From a virus (taxonomy: Duplodnaviria; Caudoviricetes), in the IMG/VR virus record IMGVR_UViG_3300001517_000002, positions 1 to 64,000 of that record: 64,000 bases of DNA, one strand, 5' to 3'. How positions within the stretch are numbered: position 1 is the stretch's first letter; every line of letters begins with the position of its first letter. A program made the translations under genes and the position numbers. Of this stretch, positions 28,455 through 38,234 are shown piece by piece. The notes beneath the pieces are model-generated. The model was given only the letters and a program-made list of their open reading frames with translations, was not told the origin of the DNA and did not search any database.

Positions 28455-29027
28455 ATGAAATTGGGATTTGATTTAGACGGAGTTATAGTTGATAGTCCGC
28501 AGCAAGTCGTTAAATATATTAATGACAAACTTGGATTGGGTTTGACCATGAATGACTTTAAAACATATAGCATGGAGGATGCCTTGCCAGAGCAGTACAA
28601 ATGGATTGTTGAAATGGCTTTTAGGGATTCTGCTATGTGGAAGAAAGTTACTTTAATTATAGGGGCTTATCCTATAATAAAACAGTTATACAAAGAAGGG
28701 CATGACATATATTTCGTCACAAGTAGTTTACCTCAGAACCTCAAGAAAAAAATCAACCACTTAGCTCGTAACCTTGATTTCTTTCCGAAGGATTATGTAT
28801 GGCGGCATACAATCAACACTCAGAACAAACAATTAATAAATTTAGATATTCTTGTTGACGATGGATTGTTCAATCTTATTGGAGAAAGAAGTTATTATTC
28901 TCTCTGTATGGATATGCCATACAATCAGACAGAAGAAGAAATCCAGAGATTCACAAGAGTTCATAATTGGGCTGAAATATATTCGACCATACAATATCTT
29001 TGTTACAAACAAAAGGAGAACATATAA
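28455..29027 (+). CDS. 5'(3')-deoxyribonucleotidase-like HAD phosphatase
   Basis: FDLDGV, FVTS, ILVDD, PYN...RVHNW motifs. Confidence 0.8.
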   Translation: MKLGFDLDGVIVDSPQQVVKYINDKLGLGLTMNDFKTYSMEDALPEQYKWIVEMAFRDSAMWKKVTLIIGAYPIIKQLYKEGHDIYFVTSSLPQNLKKKINHLARNLDFFPKDYVWRHTINTQNKQLINLDILVDDGLFNLIGERSYYSLCMDMPYNQTEEEIQRFTRVHNWAEIYSTIQYLCYKQKENI

Positions 29028-29031
29028 CAAA

Positions 29032-29331
29032 ATGGACATAGTATATCAGGGCAAAATATATCACCCAAGTTTACTTCCTAAGACAGCAGACCCCGAAGGG
29101 TCTATAAGATATACAGACGTAAATATATATCATGAACAAATTGAGTGCAAACACGATGAAGTACACTGGTTTGACGATATAAAAAATAATAATGTTTTTA
29201 TCATACAAGACCAAAGCCCAGAATATAAAGGTTATGAAGTCCATATGTTCAAAGGAACTGTATTAAAAGAAAAAAATGGACAATATAGCTGGTGGAGAAA
29301 TATTATAAAAGAGGAGAATAATCAATTATGA
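29032..29331 (+). CDS. Hypothetical protein
   Basis: ATG 29032 in the long ORF; overlaps dut start. Confidence 0.5.
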   Translation: MDIVYQGKIYHPSLLPKTADPEGSIRYTDVNIYHEQIECKHDEVHWFDDIKNNNVFIIQDQSPEYKGYEVHMFKGTVLKEKNGQYSWWRNIIKEENNQL

Positions 29332-29768
29332 TAAACGTGAATATTAAAAAGTTAAATGATAATGCTATTATCCCGACACGAGGAAGTGAATATGCGGCTG
29401 GATATGACCTGTATGCTTGTATCAATGAGCCTGTTGTAATTTATCCGCACGAAACGGTAAAAATAGGAACGGGAATCGCAATAGAAATTCCAGATGGTTA
29501 TTTTGGTGCTATCTTCGCAAGAAGCGGACTTGCTACAAAAAAGGGATTAAGACCTTCAAATTGTGTAGGGGTTTGCGACTCAGATTATAGGGGAGAGTAT
29601 ATAGTTGCACTTCACAACGATGCAAATGAACTGATGGTTGTAGACCCTAACGAGAGAATAGCACAGCTTGTGGTGATGCCTTATCTACCTGTTAAGTTTA
29701 CCGAAGTTGATGAACTGTCAGATACAGAACGTGGCTCTGGTGGTTTTGGTTCAACAGGACGTTCATAA
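29328..29768 (+). CDS. dut: Trimeric dUTPase
   Basis: AGYDL, ARSGL, GVCDSDYRGE, RIAQL, RGSGGFGSTG. Confidence 0.95.
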   Translation: MINVNIKKLNDNAIIPTRGSEYAAGYDLYACINEPVVIYPHETVKIGTGIAIEIPDGYFGAIFARSGLATKKGLRPSNCVGVCDSDYRGEYIVALHNDANELMVVDPNERIAQLVVMPYLPVKFTEVDELSDTERGSGGFGSTGRS

Positions 29769-29860
29769 ATGCTTTTTAAAGCCCATGTACGTTAACCAAT
29801 ATAGTTTGACCAGAAAGATTATAGAACGCCGTATACGTTAATCTGAGCAGAATAGAAGCA

Positions 29861-29898
29861 AAAAAATAGGGGAGTATACTTATAATAGTATACTCCCC
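29861..29898 (-). terminator. Rho-independent terminator-like hairpin
   Basis: GGGGAGTATACT-TATAAT-AGTATACTCCCC (12-bp stem) preceded by an A-run. Confidence 0.65.
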
Positions 29899-29912
29899 AT
29901 AGAGGTGATTAA

Positions 29913-30155
29913 ATGCCAAAAGTTTATTTGACAGAAACTCAAAAAGAAAATGATTTGATAAAATATAATTTGCTAATGCTCCAAGGTAGATTATCCTGTG
30001 AACAAATGGGTAAAATTATTGGAGTTAGTAAATCTACTTATATAAATAGGTTAAAGAGTCCAACACAAATGACTATAGAAGAAGCAAGTAGAATATGTAA
30101 ACACTTTCATATTTCAATATCTACATTCTTGACAGAAAAATTGACATATAAATAA
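29913..30155 (+). CDS. XRE-like HTH protein (candidate excisionase/RDF or Cro-like regulator)
   Basis: SCEQMGKIIGVSKSTYINRL HTH; abuts attP, convergent with integrase. Confidence 0.65.
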   Translation: MPKVYLTETQKENDLIKYNLLMLQGRLSCEQMGKIIGVSKSTYINRLKSPTQMTIEEASRICKHFHISISTFLTEKLTYK

Positions 30156-30158
30156 TTC

Positions 30159-30397
30159 CGTGGCAAGTTTCGTGGCAAGTCTTAGTTCTAAACACTGTCT
30201 AAATGGTCAAAATATTGACCGACCAGACAATATTGTATACCGTAAATAGGCAGCAAAAAGCCCTATAAATCGCAAATGACGATAAATAGGGCGTTGTAAT
30301 ATGGCGCGGATTGAGAGATTTGAACAATCATACTTTTAATTATAAATGGCTATTCTAAGCCATTCTCAAACTTTATGTGTCAACTTTTGTGTCAAGT
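30159..30397. other. attP: tRNA 3'-end core plus integrase arm-type repeats
   Basis: Core 30302-30325 (- strand GTTCAAATCTCTCAATCCGCGCCA). CGTGGCAAGT at 30159 and 30171; TGTGTCAA(C/G)T at 30376 and 30388. Confidence 0.8.
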
Positions 30398-31420
30398 ATC
30401 TTTATTATCATATATATCTTTGTAGGTTGCTGACATAGTTTCAGCAACTTCTTTTTCTTTACTTTCATATAAATGTTGGTAGATTTCTTTTACCATGTTA
30501 GGAGAAGATTGACCTAAACGCTTCATGGCATACTTATCAGGGACTCCTTGGGCTAACATCATAGAAGCATTACCATGTCTTTGCTCGTGCATTGTAAAGC
30601 GTGGCAAGCCGTTCTTGTCACATAACTGATTGAATTTCCTAAGCACCGAAGTGGATAGCATAGGAGATATAAATTCACTTGTATGTTCGGCTCTGTCCAG
30701 CCTTTCTTTTAATATTCCATCAACTTCAATTTGTCTCGTACTGGCTTCTGATTTTGTAGAATTTTTGTAAACAAATTTGCTGTTCTTATTAGGCACAATA
30801 GCAGCATGGATATTAAGAGTATATCCATCATAATCACTCCATTTAAGTGCAGCTATTTCAGACTGTCTTAGTCCAAGGGTAACAGCTATGGTCACAGGCA
30901 ATTCAACAGATGTCCCTTCTACCATGTGAAGAATAATTGAGATTTGTTCTTTTGTTGGTATCTTCTTCTCAGATTTCGGTATTCTTGGTAATAAAACACT
31001 ATTAAAATCCAATTGTACTTTTGCTTGTCTCAAAGAAGCAACTATAAGTCCGTATTGAGATTTAATAGATTTCGGTTTGTATCTTGTAGTATTATTGTTT
31101 ACCCATAATTGTAAATCACGCTCTGTTAAATCATTTGTATTTATGTTCGCTATTTCATCAACGCAATTATTTAATATAATTAAATATCCTCTTATTGAAG
31201 AAGGAGATAAAATGTTTTCTTTACTTTCTATATAGCTTTTGACACATTGGTAAACAGTTTCGCCAATACCTCTTTTTTGTTTAGCCTTACCATTCAACCA
31301 TTCAGAAGCAAGAAACTCAGCCTCCTTTTTTGTGCAAGCTGTAAACGACTTACACTTTTTTGTTTTATTATCATAAGCACGACAACGCCAATTTCCAGAA
31401 GGAAGTTTTGTAGCTTTCAA
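30392..31420 (-). CDS. int: Tyrosine integrase
   Basis: GLRQSEI, K, HEQRH, RLGQ, IYQH catalytic residues; N-terminal arm-binding domain. Confidence 0.93.
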   Translation of the reverse strand: MKATKLPSGNWRCRAYDNKTKKCKSFTACTKKEAEFLASEWLNGKAKQKRGIGETVYQCVKSYIESKENILSPSSIRGYLIILNNCVDEIANINTNDLTERDLQLWVNNNTTRYKPKSIKSQYGLIVASLRQAKVQLDFNSVLLPRIPKSEKKIPTKEQISIILHMVEGTSVELPVTIAVTLGLRQSEIAALKWSDYDGYTLNIHAAIVPNKNSKFVYKNSTKSEASTRQIEVDGILKERLDRAEHTSEFISPMLSTSVLRKFNQLCDKNGLPRFTMHEQRHGNASMMLAQGVPDKYAMKRLGQSSPNMVKEIYQHLYESKEKEVAETMSATYKDIYDNKDT

Positions 31421-31458
31421 AACAATTCCACCTTTCTATTGCGCCATATTACACATTT

Positions 31459-31488
31459 ATTATAGCACAATTATTTCCATATAGTCAA
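31459..31488 (-). promoter_or_regulatory. Putative integrase promoter
   Basis: - strand TTGACT-18 bp-TATAAT with TG extension. Confidence 0.6.
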
Positions 31489-31489
31489 T

Positions 31490-31527
31490 AAAAAATAGGG
31501 TAGTAAGTTTATTTTTTCTTACTACCC
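31490..31527 (-). terminator. Terminator at end of the late/lysis operon
   Basis: GGGTAGTAAG/CTTACTACCC stem with U-run on the - strand. Confidence 0.7.
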
Positions 31528-31581
31528 ATAAAATATTACATACCAAAAAAGCTTTTAATTTTTTGCCATAATGTTTTCTTT

Positions 31582-31950
31582 TCATTTGTAAACATTAACG
31601 GTGTTGATTTTGTTTTTTTCTTTCTCCAATATCTTTTCTTCTTCTCCGTATATTTCTGTCCCATTGCTTTTCACCTCATCTCCATTTGGTAATACAACTG
31701 TATTATGACCTTGATTATCTTGTTCTATTGATATTTCAGTTTCTTCTACATATTCAAATTCATTAATAAATCTTTGAGTTTTAATAAGTAGACAAGTTGT
31801 TATCAATAGGCAAATAATTGATACAGTAAATGCAATAACAAGTCCAATTGTCGCCTTAGTCATATATTTATCAAATCTTTGCTGTGCTAAAACATAATTA
31901 TCTTTCCATTTTTTACTCTCACACGCCTTGCAATCAGACATAATTATCAC
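31582..31950 (-). CDS. Single-pass membrane protein, lysis region
   Basis: One TM helix; downstream of endolysin. Confidence 0.6.
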   Translation of the reverse strand: MIIMSDCKACESKKWKDNYVLAQQRFDKYMTKATIGLVIAFTVSIICLLITTCLLIKTQRFINEFEYVEETEISIEQDNQGHNTVVLPNGDEVKSNGTEIYGEEEKILEKEKNKINTVNVYK

Positions 31951-31954
31951 CTCT

Positions 31955-32221
31955 TTACTGCTTTAAAATCAAATTCATAATAGCCATAACAATAGCCCCT
32001 CCAGCAGTACCCAAAGTTGCATATACACCCTTTATAAGTATTGACATTTGAGAAGTTAATTTAGTTAATGATATTTTTAATTCAGCCAGTTCTGTGGCGG
32101 TATCAGCGTGACGTTCATTACAATCATCTTTGCGTACAAATATTTCATTAGCTATTTCTGAACGCATATATATATCATCAAGTTTAGCTAAATCTTCTGG
32201 ACTAAGCATAATACCCCTCAC
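31955..32221 (-). CDS. Coiled-coil plus C-terminal TM protein (XhlA/holin-like)
   Basis: Architecture and lysis-cassette position. Confidence 0.5.
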   Translation of the reverse strand: MRGIMLSPEDLAKLDDIYMRSEIANEIFVRKDDCNERHADTATELAELKISLTKLTSQMSILIKGVYATLGTAGGAIVMAIMNLILKQ

Positions 32222-33000
32222 TTTCCTATTAATACATTCCAGTCGCCACCGCCCAAATAACCAACGCCTAAACCATTATCTTCCTGCCACTTGTGTATGG
32301 CACTCATAGTTTTATTGCCAGCTATTCCGTCAGCTTCGCCAGAATTATATCCAAGCTGATTAAGTCTATCCTGTACCCATTTAATAAGATTTCCTTTATC
32401 ACCATTTTCAACCGTATACTTTCTTACGGCAGTCAGTGTCTTGTTTCCAGCGATACCATCCACAACAAGATTCGCTCCACCATTATTTAATGTCTGTTGC
32501 AAGGATGCTATATCTACGCCAACATTAGTGTTTGAGGACGATACCGTGTTCTCTCCTGCAAATACAGTACCTCTCTGAAATGTTTTAATCCAATCGTTTT
32601 TAAGAACCTTGCCATAAGTATATTCATTGCCAAACCAATGTTCATTGTCGTAAGGTTCTGTATCTCTTGTATCAACATGGCACGAAATAGGCAACATTAA
32701 ACCTATGCCACCAAAACCAAGTCTTTCAGCTACTTCTGCAATATCCCAAGAGGTATACCAAGAACCATCTTTCTTCTGCACTTTTATATCAGCAGCTATA
32801 CCTCTGCGGTGAGCATCAGTTTTACTTCCCCAAGGATTGTTCTCACAACGATAGCCTGAGTTGACATATATAGCTTTCGCATCCATAATAGTAAACATCT
32901 TTTCAAGCCTGTCTATAAGAAGTTTAGACATAGCGTGTGAACGTCCACAACACTCACAATAAAATTCAAATGAGCTGAAATGAGTTGATAAATCTCCCAT
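32218..33000 (-). CDS. Endolysin: peptidase M15 plus two peptidoglycan-binding repeats
   Basis: SGYRC, H-x6-D (AHRRGIAADI), HVDTR; two DGIAGNKT repeats. Confidence 0.85.
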   Translation of the reverse strand: MGDLSTHFSSFEFYCECCGRSHAMSKLLIDRLEKMFTIMDAKAIYVNSGYRCENNPWGSKTDAHRRGIAADIKVQKKDGSWYTSWDIAEVAERLGFGGIGLMLPISCHVDTRDTEPYDNEHWFGNEYTYGKVLKNDWIKTFQRGTVFAGENTVSSSNTNVGVDIASLQQTLNNGGANLVVDGIAGNKTLTAVRKYTVENGDKGNLIKWVQDRLNQLGYNSGEADGIAGNKTMSAIHKWQEDNGLGVGYLGGGDWNVLIGK

Positions 33001-33002
33001 AC

Positions 33003-33209
33003 TTATTCTCCTTTCTCATTATTTTTCTCATTATTCTTTTTAGCGTTCTGATAACCAAAAAAGAAAGTTAATCCAGTCATACATACAGTGATATAATCCT
33101 TTACATCTACCTTACCCATAAGAAAGGCAATGGATAGACATACAGAAAACATAAGGGTTATCAGACTTTTTACTTCAATTAATTTTGCAAGTCTATCTTT
33201 AATTTTCAT
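33003..33209 (-). CDS. Holin
   Basis: 68 aa, two TM helices, charged C-terminus, upstream of endolysin. Confidence 0.75.
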   Translation of the reverse strand: MKIKDRLAKLIEVKSLITLMFSVCLSIAFLMGKVDVKDYITVCMTGLTFFFGYQNAKKNNEKNNEKGE

Positions 33210-33230
33210 AATACCACCTCGGTAAAATAT

Positions 33231-33258
33231 AAAAGAGGGTAGAATAAACTACCCTCTT
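33231..33258 (-). terminator. Terminator-like hairpin after tail fibre genes
   Basis: AAGAGGGTAG/CTACCCTCTT stem. Confidence 0.55.
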
Positions 33259-33284
33259 GTTGTTTGATATTGTTGTGGTTGGTT

Positions 33285-34160
33285 TTATCTTCCCGTGTAG
33301 TCACGGAGTTTGTAGTATGCGACTTTTTGATAACGTATATCTCCATTTATAATTGTAAATTTTATTACATCATTTTTCTTGAATTGAAAAAACATATCAG
33401 AATTAGAATAAGTACTCCTACCAGCATCTTTTCCAATTATAACTCCATTAACTGTAATAGTAACCTCTGTATCACTACTATTAGATATCATACCAACACC
33501 ATCATAAGGCATTGTTTTATCTGTATCATTTGCAAAGTCGCTTGTTTCCCACTCACTCAACACATTCTGATTTCTGATATACTCCGCTACATCAAATGGT
33601 ACAGATACCTGTTTAGCTTTGATGATGTAGTTGACACCCAACTGTTTGCCGTGAGTGGTTGTGCCTGTACGAGCATCTGAAACACTTGTAGATTGTATTG
33701 CATTAGTATTATAATTTGCGGAAGTTTGAGAACCACCGAATATAATTTTAGAGTTAATTGGGACACCACTGGGCGGATTACCACCCTCTTGTTGAAAAGT
33801 GTGTCCGTGTTTCTGTAACTGGTCATCTTTGAACTGACCAAGCTGATAGGTGTCATGATTTGCTATAGCCGAATAAGTGTTATTTTGGGAATATCCAACA
33901 AGTACACATTCTCTCGCATCAGGTACTCTAAACTTACCTGCTTGAATCGTATTGTTTCGGTCAAAATTTGTTCCGATAACTGCGTACAACTCAGGATAAT
34001 CTTCTACTTTTAGTAATTGTCCTTGACACAAAAGCCAACCTGATGGAGCAGTAGTACCGCCATATGCTTGAATTGAACCAATCGGAGCATCTGCATAAAG
34101 AAGCCCCCCCGAAATTCTTTCAAGCTCTCCTGTTGTGGAGTTATATCTATTTACACTCAT
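33285..34160 (-). CDS. Tail fibre protein with tail-collar domain
   Basis: PIGSIQAYGG..APSGWLLCQGQ..YPELYAVIG..FRVPD, VNYIIKA. Confidence 0.85.
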   Translation of the reverse strand: MSVNRYNSTTGELERISGGLLYADAPIGSIQAYGGTTAPSGWLLCQGQLLKVEDYPELYAVIGTNFDRNNTIQAGKFRVPDARECVLVGYSQNNTYSAIANHDTYQLGQFKDDQLQKHGHTFQQEGGNPPSGVPINSKIIFGGSQTSANYNTNAIQSTSVSDARTGTTTHGKQLGVNYIIKAKQVSVPFDVAEYIRNQNVLSEWETSDFANDTDKTMPYDGVGMISNSSDTEVTITVNGVIIGKDAGRSTYSNSDMFFQFKKNDVIKFTIINGDIRYQKVAYYKLRDYTGR

Positions 34161-34178
34161 AATCTCACCCTCCTTTCA

Positions 34179-35381
34179 TCAATCCGTAATCTTAGTGTAT
34201 TCTACTATCATAATTACTTTGTCAATATTGTAATTACTGAGCCTGTCCATTCTGACTATCGCAGTTCCATTTGATATATATAATCTACTATCACGGTATC
34301 TATAAAATTCTACCTCTTGGTTTGTACCAGTATTTGAATTTGTTATAGTTGTGATATTGACAAGTTGTGCAAAGTTGTCAATTGCTCCTATTGTTAATTC
34401 ACCCGTACCAGAAGAACTTCCTGTTACTACAAGCACCTTTCTGTATATGGGCTTACCGTCAATCCATACCTTGTTGGTTTTGGTTTCGGAAGTAGAATAG
34501 TAGTCGAGATTTGCACCAGTGTCATCATCTGTGATATTGACAATGGTATACTTAGCCTTTTCGTCAACAGCGAGAGCCTCCCACTCTGCTTGTGTACCTG
34601 TGAAAGTTCTTTGGCTTACAGCAAGTGTAGCCGCACCATTACTATCTTTTACAAGAAATACATTATCTAATTTACTGCCACCACCTATGTCAACCCAATT
34701 ACCCTCTGCAACATTTCTATTTTTTGAAGTATCAGCTTCGGGATGGAAATACTGAGTGCTACTTAAACCTACAACAAAAAAGCTGAACTCTTGATAATAG
34801 GTAATAGAGCCAACAAGTGATATATCACCTTCGCCAGTTGTAGGATTAGCTTGGTATACATTTACACCATTAGCCAATGTTTCTTCTTGTGTATAAAATA
34901 TATATGGTTGTGTTTTTGCTGAATCTCTATAAAATGTCCAATAATAATAAGTGAAAGATGTTTCATTTTTTTTATACAAATGTCCCTTTTCAAAACTTCC
35001 ACTATCTTCACCAGTGTAACATACAATACTACCAGTTTCATAAGCGTTTATATCAGGAACAGTTTCGCTATATACTACTGGATTCTCAACCATCTTTATC
35101 TCAGACCAAGAATACGCAGAAGAATCGAGAATACATTTATAGAAACGTCCATTCGTATAAGTACCAGTTTCACCTACATACTGATAAATATTTCCTAATT
35201 CGTCAGCACTTGCAAGAGGAAGTTCTTCTTTCTGAATACTCTGTCCGTCAAATGTTTTTTCACTCAGTCTTGTTCCGTCTGCAAACCACACATCTTCTGC
35301 ATAAGCAACAGGGAACGTACCTAAATGTTCTGCATCGACATAGTTATTAGGTCTTGCTGTATCTGCTAATTTAACTGCCAT
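34179..35381 (-). CDS. Tail fibre/receptor-binding protein
   Basis: FTGTQAEWEAL and YSTSETKTNKVWIDGKPIYRKV fibre-type motifs. Confidence 0.7.
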   Translation of the reverse strand: MAVKLADTARPNNYVDAEHLGTFPVAYAEDVWFADGTRLSEKTFDGQSIQKEELPLASADELGNIYQYVGETGTYTNGRFYKCILDSSAYSWSEIKMVENPVVYSETVPDINAYETGSIVCYTGEDSGSFEKGHLYKKNETSFTYYYWTFYRDSAKTQPYIFYTQEETLANGVNVYQANPTTGEGDISLVGSITYYQEFSFFVVGLSSTQYFHPEADTSKNRNVAEGNWVDIGGGSKLDNVFLVKDSNGAATLAVSQRTFTGTQAEWEALAVDEKAKYTIVNITDDDTGANLDYYSTSETKTNKVWIDGKPIYRKVLVVTGSSSGTGELTIGAIDNFAQLVNITTITNSNTGTNQEVEFYRYRDSRLYISNGTAIVRMDRLSNYNIDKVIMIVEYTKITD

Positions 35382-35401
35382 TTATTTCTCACCTCTCTTT
35401 A

Positions 35402-36970
35402 TTAACTTACAACAGCAGTCAGTGTTCCTAAACTTGGCTGATGAAGTCTTACTATCTTATAAGTTGTTGTATATCCACTTGCATTTGTAAATGAACGTGA
35501 AGCAACAACGGTGTCAAGGTCTGTATCAAATCCATTTACCTTTACGCTTATTGACATTCCAGTAGGAATAGCCCAATAACAATACTGTCCTGTGCCAGCG
35601 GTAAAGTTATATGAACCCTTTGCGTTTGTGGCTAACTTGTTTCCGCTAAGTCCAAGAATCCACGCATCTGTATAGTTATCTGGTTCTGCACTTACACCCC
35701 AATATACCTTGTTCATAAACTGGAATGAAATAGATTTAGTTGCTGTCTTTTCACCATCACCACAAGTAAGAGTAAATGTCTTATTAGCAGAAATGTCATT
35801 AGCATAAGTAGCTGTTCTTACTGTTTCATCAGCAAGTGTGCAATCTGTAAGTGTCTGACTTGTCATATCCTTATTATAAGTCCAGTTGAATACAACACCA
35901 CCTGTAATGACCGCACCATTTTCATACTGTAATGTAGAAGGTGTAGATGTGAAAGAAGGAATCTGAGGGTCAACATAATACAGCTTTGCAAAGATAGCAT
36001 CAAGTGCAAGGTCTACGTTGGTATAAGTAGGGAAGTCCGCATTTGTATAGCTTACATTCTCTGCACTACCACCAAGAGTAGATAAGGGAGCAAGTGTTAT
36101 ATCTCCGTTTTCGTCTGTAATAACTGCTTTATTCGCATTGGTTGAACCCTGTGATGTACTTACCTTACCATTTATTTCTGTTTCAATAAGTGTCTGTAAT
36201 GCTTTCATAGCGGCAAGGTCAGGCACTTTGTTTGTAGCAACTTCTTCACCAGTATATGTGCTTACTACATCAGTAGTCTTTGAAACATATTCTGAGAAAT
36301 TTGTCGTACCTGCACTAACAATAGTTGTCCATGTACCATCAATAAGAATAGACTGCATAAGTTTGTCGCTATCTTCATAATAGAACCATATAGAGTCAGC
36401 ATCAATTGTATGACTTGTGCCGCCCTTGACATAAGTAATCTTATCTGTTGTACTGTCATAAGTAGGCATAGCATCACACTTAATTGCTTCATCTACATTA
36501 AGCAAAGCTATCTGTTCATCAGTATAAGTATTTGCATCAGAAACTCCCTGTGCTACTTTACTATCAACAGAACCAGTAACAGTTGAATCGCTATTGAGAG
36601 TTGCTATATCTTCTTTATTCTGTTGTACCTGTGCTTTCTCTGTATCATCGTAGTCATTAGTTGAAAGACCTTTACCAGTTTCCTTTTCAACGTACAGTTC
36701 TAAAAAAGCATTGATTTCTGACTTAGTGTAATAATTCAGAAGGTCAGCAGAACCACCGCTTAATACTCTCCACTTGCCTGTTTCGTCATCAACTGTGTTT
36801 GCCTTATTAAAGAGATAAGGTAATCCAGTTTCAACACACGTTGCTATAAAAAGACTTGGTAAGTAATTTTCATTATATTCTTTCATATCAGCGAGAGTTT
36901 CAAACATATCTCTCTTGACATTAGGAGAAGATTTTCTAATGTCAAAGTTATCTAACATACTAACAGCCAT
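35402..36970 (-). CDS. Minor tail/fibre-associated structural protein
   Basis: GKGLSTNDY motif; C-terminal beta domain similar to 36985-38007. Confidence 0.65.
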   Translation of the reverse strand: MAVSMLDNFDIRKSSPNVKRDMFETLADMKEYNENYLPSLFIATCVETGLPYLFNKANTVDDETGKWRVLSGGSADLLNYYTKSEINAFLELYVEKETGKGLSTNDYDDTEKAQVQQNKEDIATLNSDSTVTGSVDSKVAQGVSDANTYTDEQIALLNVDEAIKCDAMPTYDSTTDKITYVKGGTSHTIDADSIWFYYEDSDKLMQSILIDGTWTTIVSAGTTNFSEYVSKTTDVVSTYTGEEVATNKVPDLAAMKALQTLIETEINGKVSTSQGSTNANKAVITDENGDITLAPLSTLGGSAENVSYTNADFPTYTNVDLALDAIFAKLYYVDPQIPSFTSTPSTLQYENGAVITGGVVFNWTYNKDMTSQTLTDCTLADETVRTATYANDISANKTFTLTCGDGEKTATKSISFQFMNKVYWGVSAEPDNYTDAWILGLSGNKLATNAKGSYNFTAGTGQYCYWAIPTGMSISVKVNGFDTDLDTVVASRSFTNASGYTTTYKIVRLHQPSLGTLTAVVS

Positions 36971-36984
36971 TTATAAATCCCTCC

Positions 36985-38007
36985 TTACTTAAATGTTATC
37001 TGATTATCTTCTGCTGCTGTTGGTTCGATTAATGTATAACAATAATAATCTATACCATCAACTAATACTTCGCTTCTCTGGAATGAATCCCAATAGTTGA
37101 TATTATTGACTTCATCCTTGATACTTGTTAATGCACCAAATGACTTAGGATAAGCATAGAACACCTTACCCCAATTGGTAGTAATTCCACTATAAGTATA
37201 AGCCTTTGTATCTTTCAGTGTATTTGAACCACTCTTAATTGTAGTTTCGTCAGGGTCACTTACACTTGCATCACAAATGCCATAATAAGATTTACCAACA
37301 AACTTAATTGTCACAGAGGAATTAGTTGACTGCTGTCCATCAGTTGTTGTTGCTTTAAATGTAACGTCTGACCTGATAGGTGTAACAGGTGTGTACTGAT
37401 ATTGGAAGTTACCACCATCAGCAACACCAGTTGTGACCTCATTAAGTAAAGTATCACCTACATAGAATGATACCTTTGTAACAGGCTTACTCTTTTTAGT
37501 TACAGCACCTTTAAGAAGAATAGTAGATATACTATCATTCACAATATCATACAACTTTGTGGCTGGTGTTGTACTGAGTGATATAGTAGGTGGCTGATAC
37601 TTTATAAGTATATCTTTTATAATATTTTCAAGATTAGTTCCAGTAGGATATGTCTTACCACTTGTTACACTACCTATATTCTCTGTTGCTGTAATTGCAC
37701 TTGTAGTCTTAGCAACTACTGAGATAGCACCAGCATCAAGCGTTGAACCATCTGAAAATGTAAATATTAAATGATTATTAGTATTTATAGAAGCGTTTGT
37801 AATAGAAATGCCCTGTTCGCCATCTTTAACAAGCATTTGTGCTGTTTGTACAGTACCAGTATCACCAGTCCAACGGAAGGTCACAATATGTCCATCATCT
37901 ACGTCCGTAATAGACTGAATTGTACAAGGCTTTCCCCTGACCGCACCAAGTCCTTCAGCGGTCTTACGAACATAAGCTTGACATAATGCGTATGTTACAA
38001 CATCCAT
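36985..38007 (-). CDS. Minor tail/fibre-associated structural protein (Ig-like)
   Basis: NNHLIFTFSDG motif, beta-rich. Confidence 0.65.
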   Translation of the reverse strand: MDVVTYALCQAYVRKTAEGLGAVRGKPCTIQSITDVDDGHIVTFRWTGDTGTVQTAQMLVKDGEQGISITNASINTNNHLIFTFSDGSTLDAGAISVVAKTTSAITATENIGSVTSGKTYPTGTNLENIIKDILIKYQPPTISLSTTPATKLYDIVNDSISTILLKGAVTKKSKPVTKVSFYVGDTLLNEVTTGVADGGNFQYQYTPVTPIRSDVTFKATTTDGQQSTNSSVTIKFVGKSYYGICDASVSDPDETTIKSGSNTLKDTKAYTYSGITTNWGKVFYAYPKSFGALTSIKDEVNNINYWDSFQRSEVLVDGIDYYCYTLIEPTAAEDNQITFK

Positions 38008-38023
38008 TCAATCACTTCCTTTC

Positions 38024-38218
38024 TTACTGTTCAATCCAAGTCTGAGATTCTGCATTATAAAAAAACACAGTGCCAGTATCTATCTCTAAAAAGGCACTAC
38101 CGTTAATTATTTCAGTATCTTTATAAAATCCAATTGGTTTAATATCGCTTGATAATCCACGCAATTCAAGTACAGGAGCATTTGTATGCTCTCCTATTTT
38201 TGCCATTGTAATTGCCAT
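38024..38218 (-). CDS. Small tail-associated protein
   Basis: LRGLSSDIKP...NGSAFLEIDTG motif seen in Firmicutes phage tail regions. Confidence 0.6.
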   Translation of the reverse strand: MAITMAKIGEHTNAPVLELRGLSSDIKPIGFYKDTEIINGSAFLEIDTGTVFFYNAESQTWIEQ

Positions 38219-38234
38219 AATAATTCTCCTTTCT

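Noticed and set aside
22602-29768. DNA base hypermodification pathway
   Set aside because: The enzymes are ordinary dNTP-supply functions. No Que/Dpd, PurZ, hydroxymethylase or glycosyltransferase genes were seen.
30315-30325. 11-bp identity between the attP core and the phage tRNA-Glu (GAGATTTGAAC)
   Set aside because: This is only the T-arm consensus. The acceptor strands differ.
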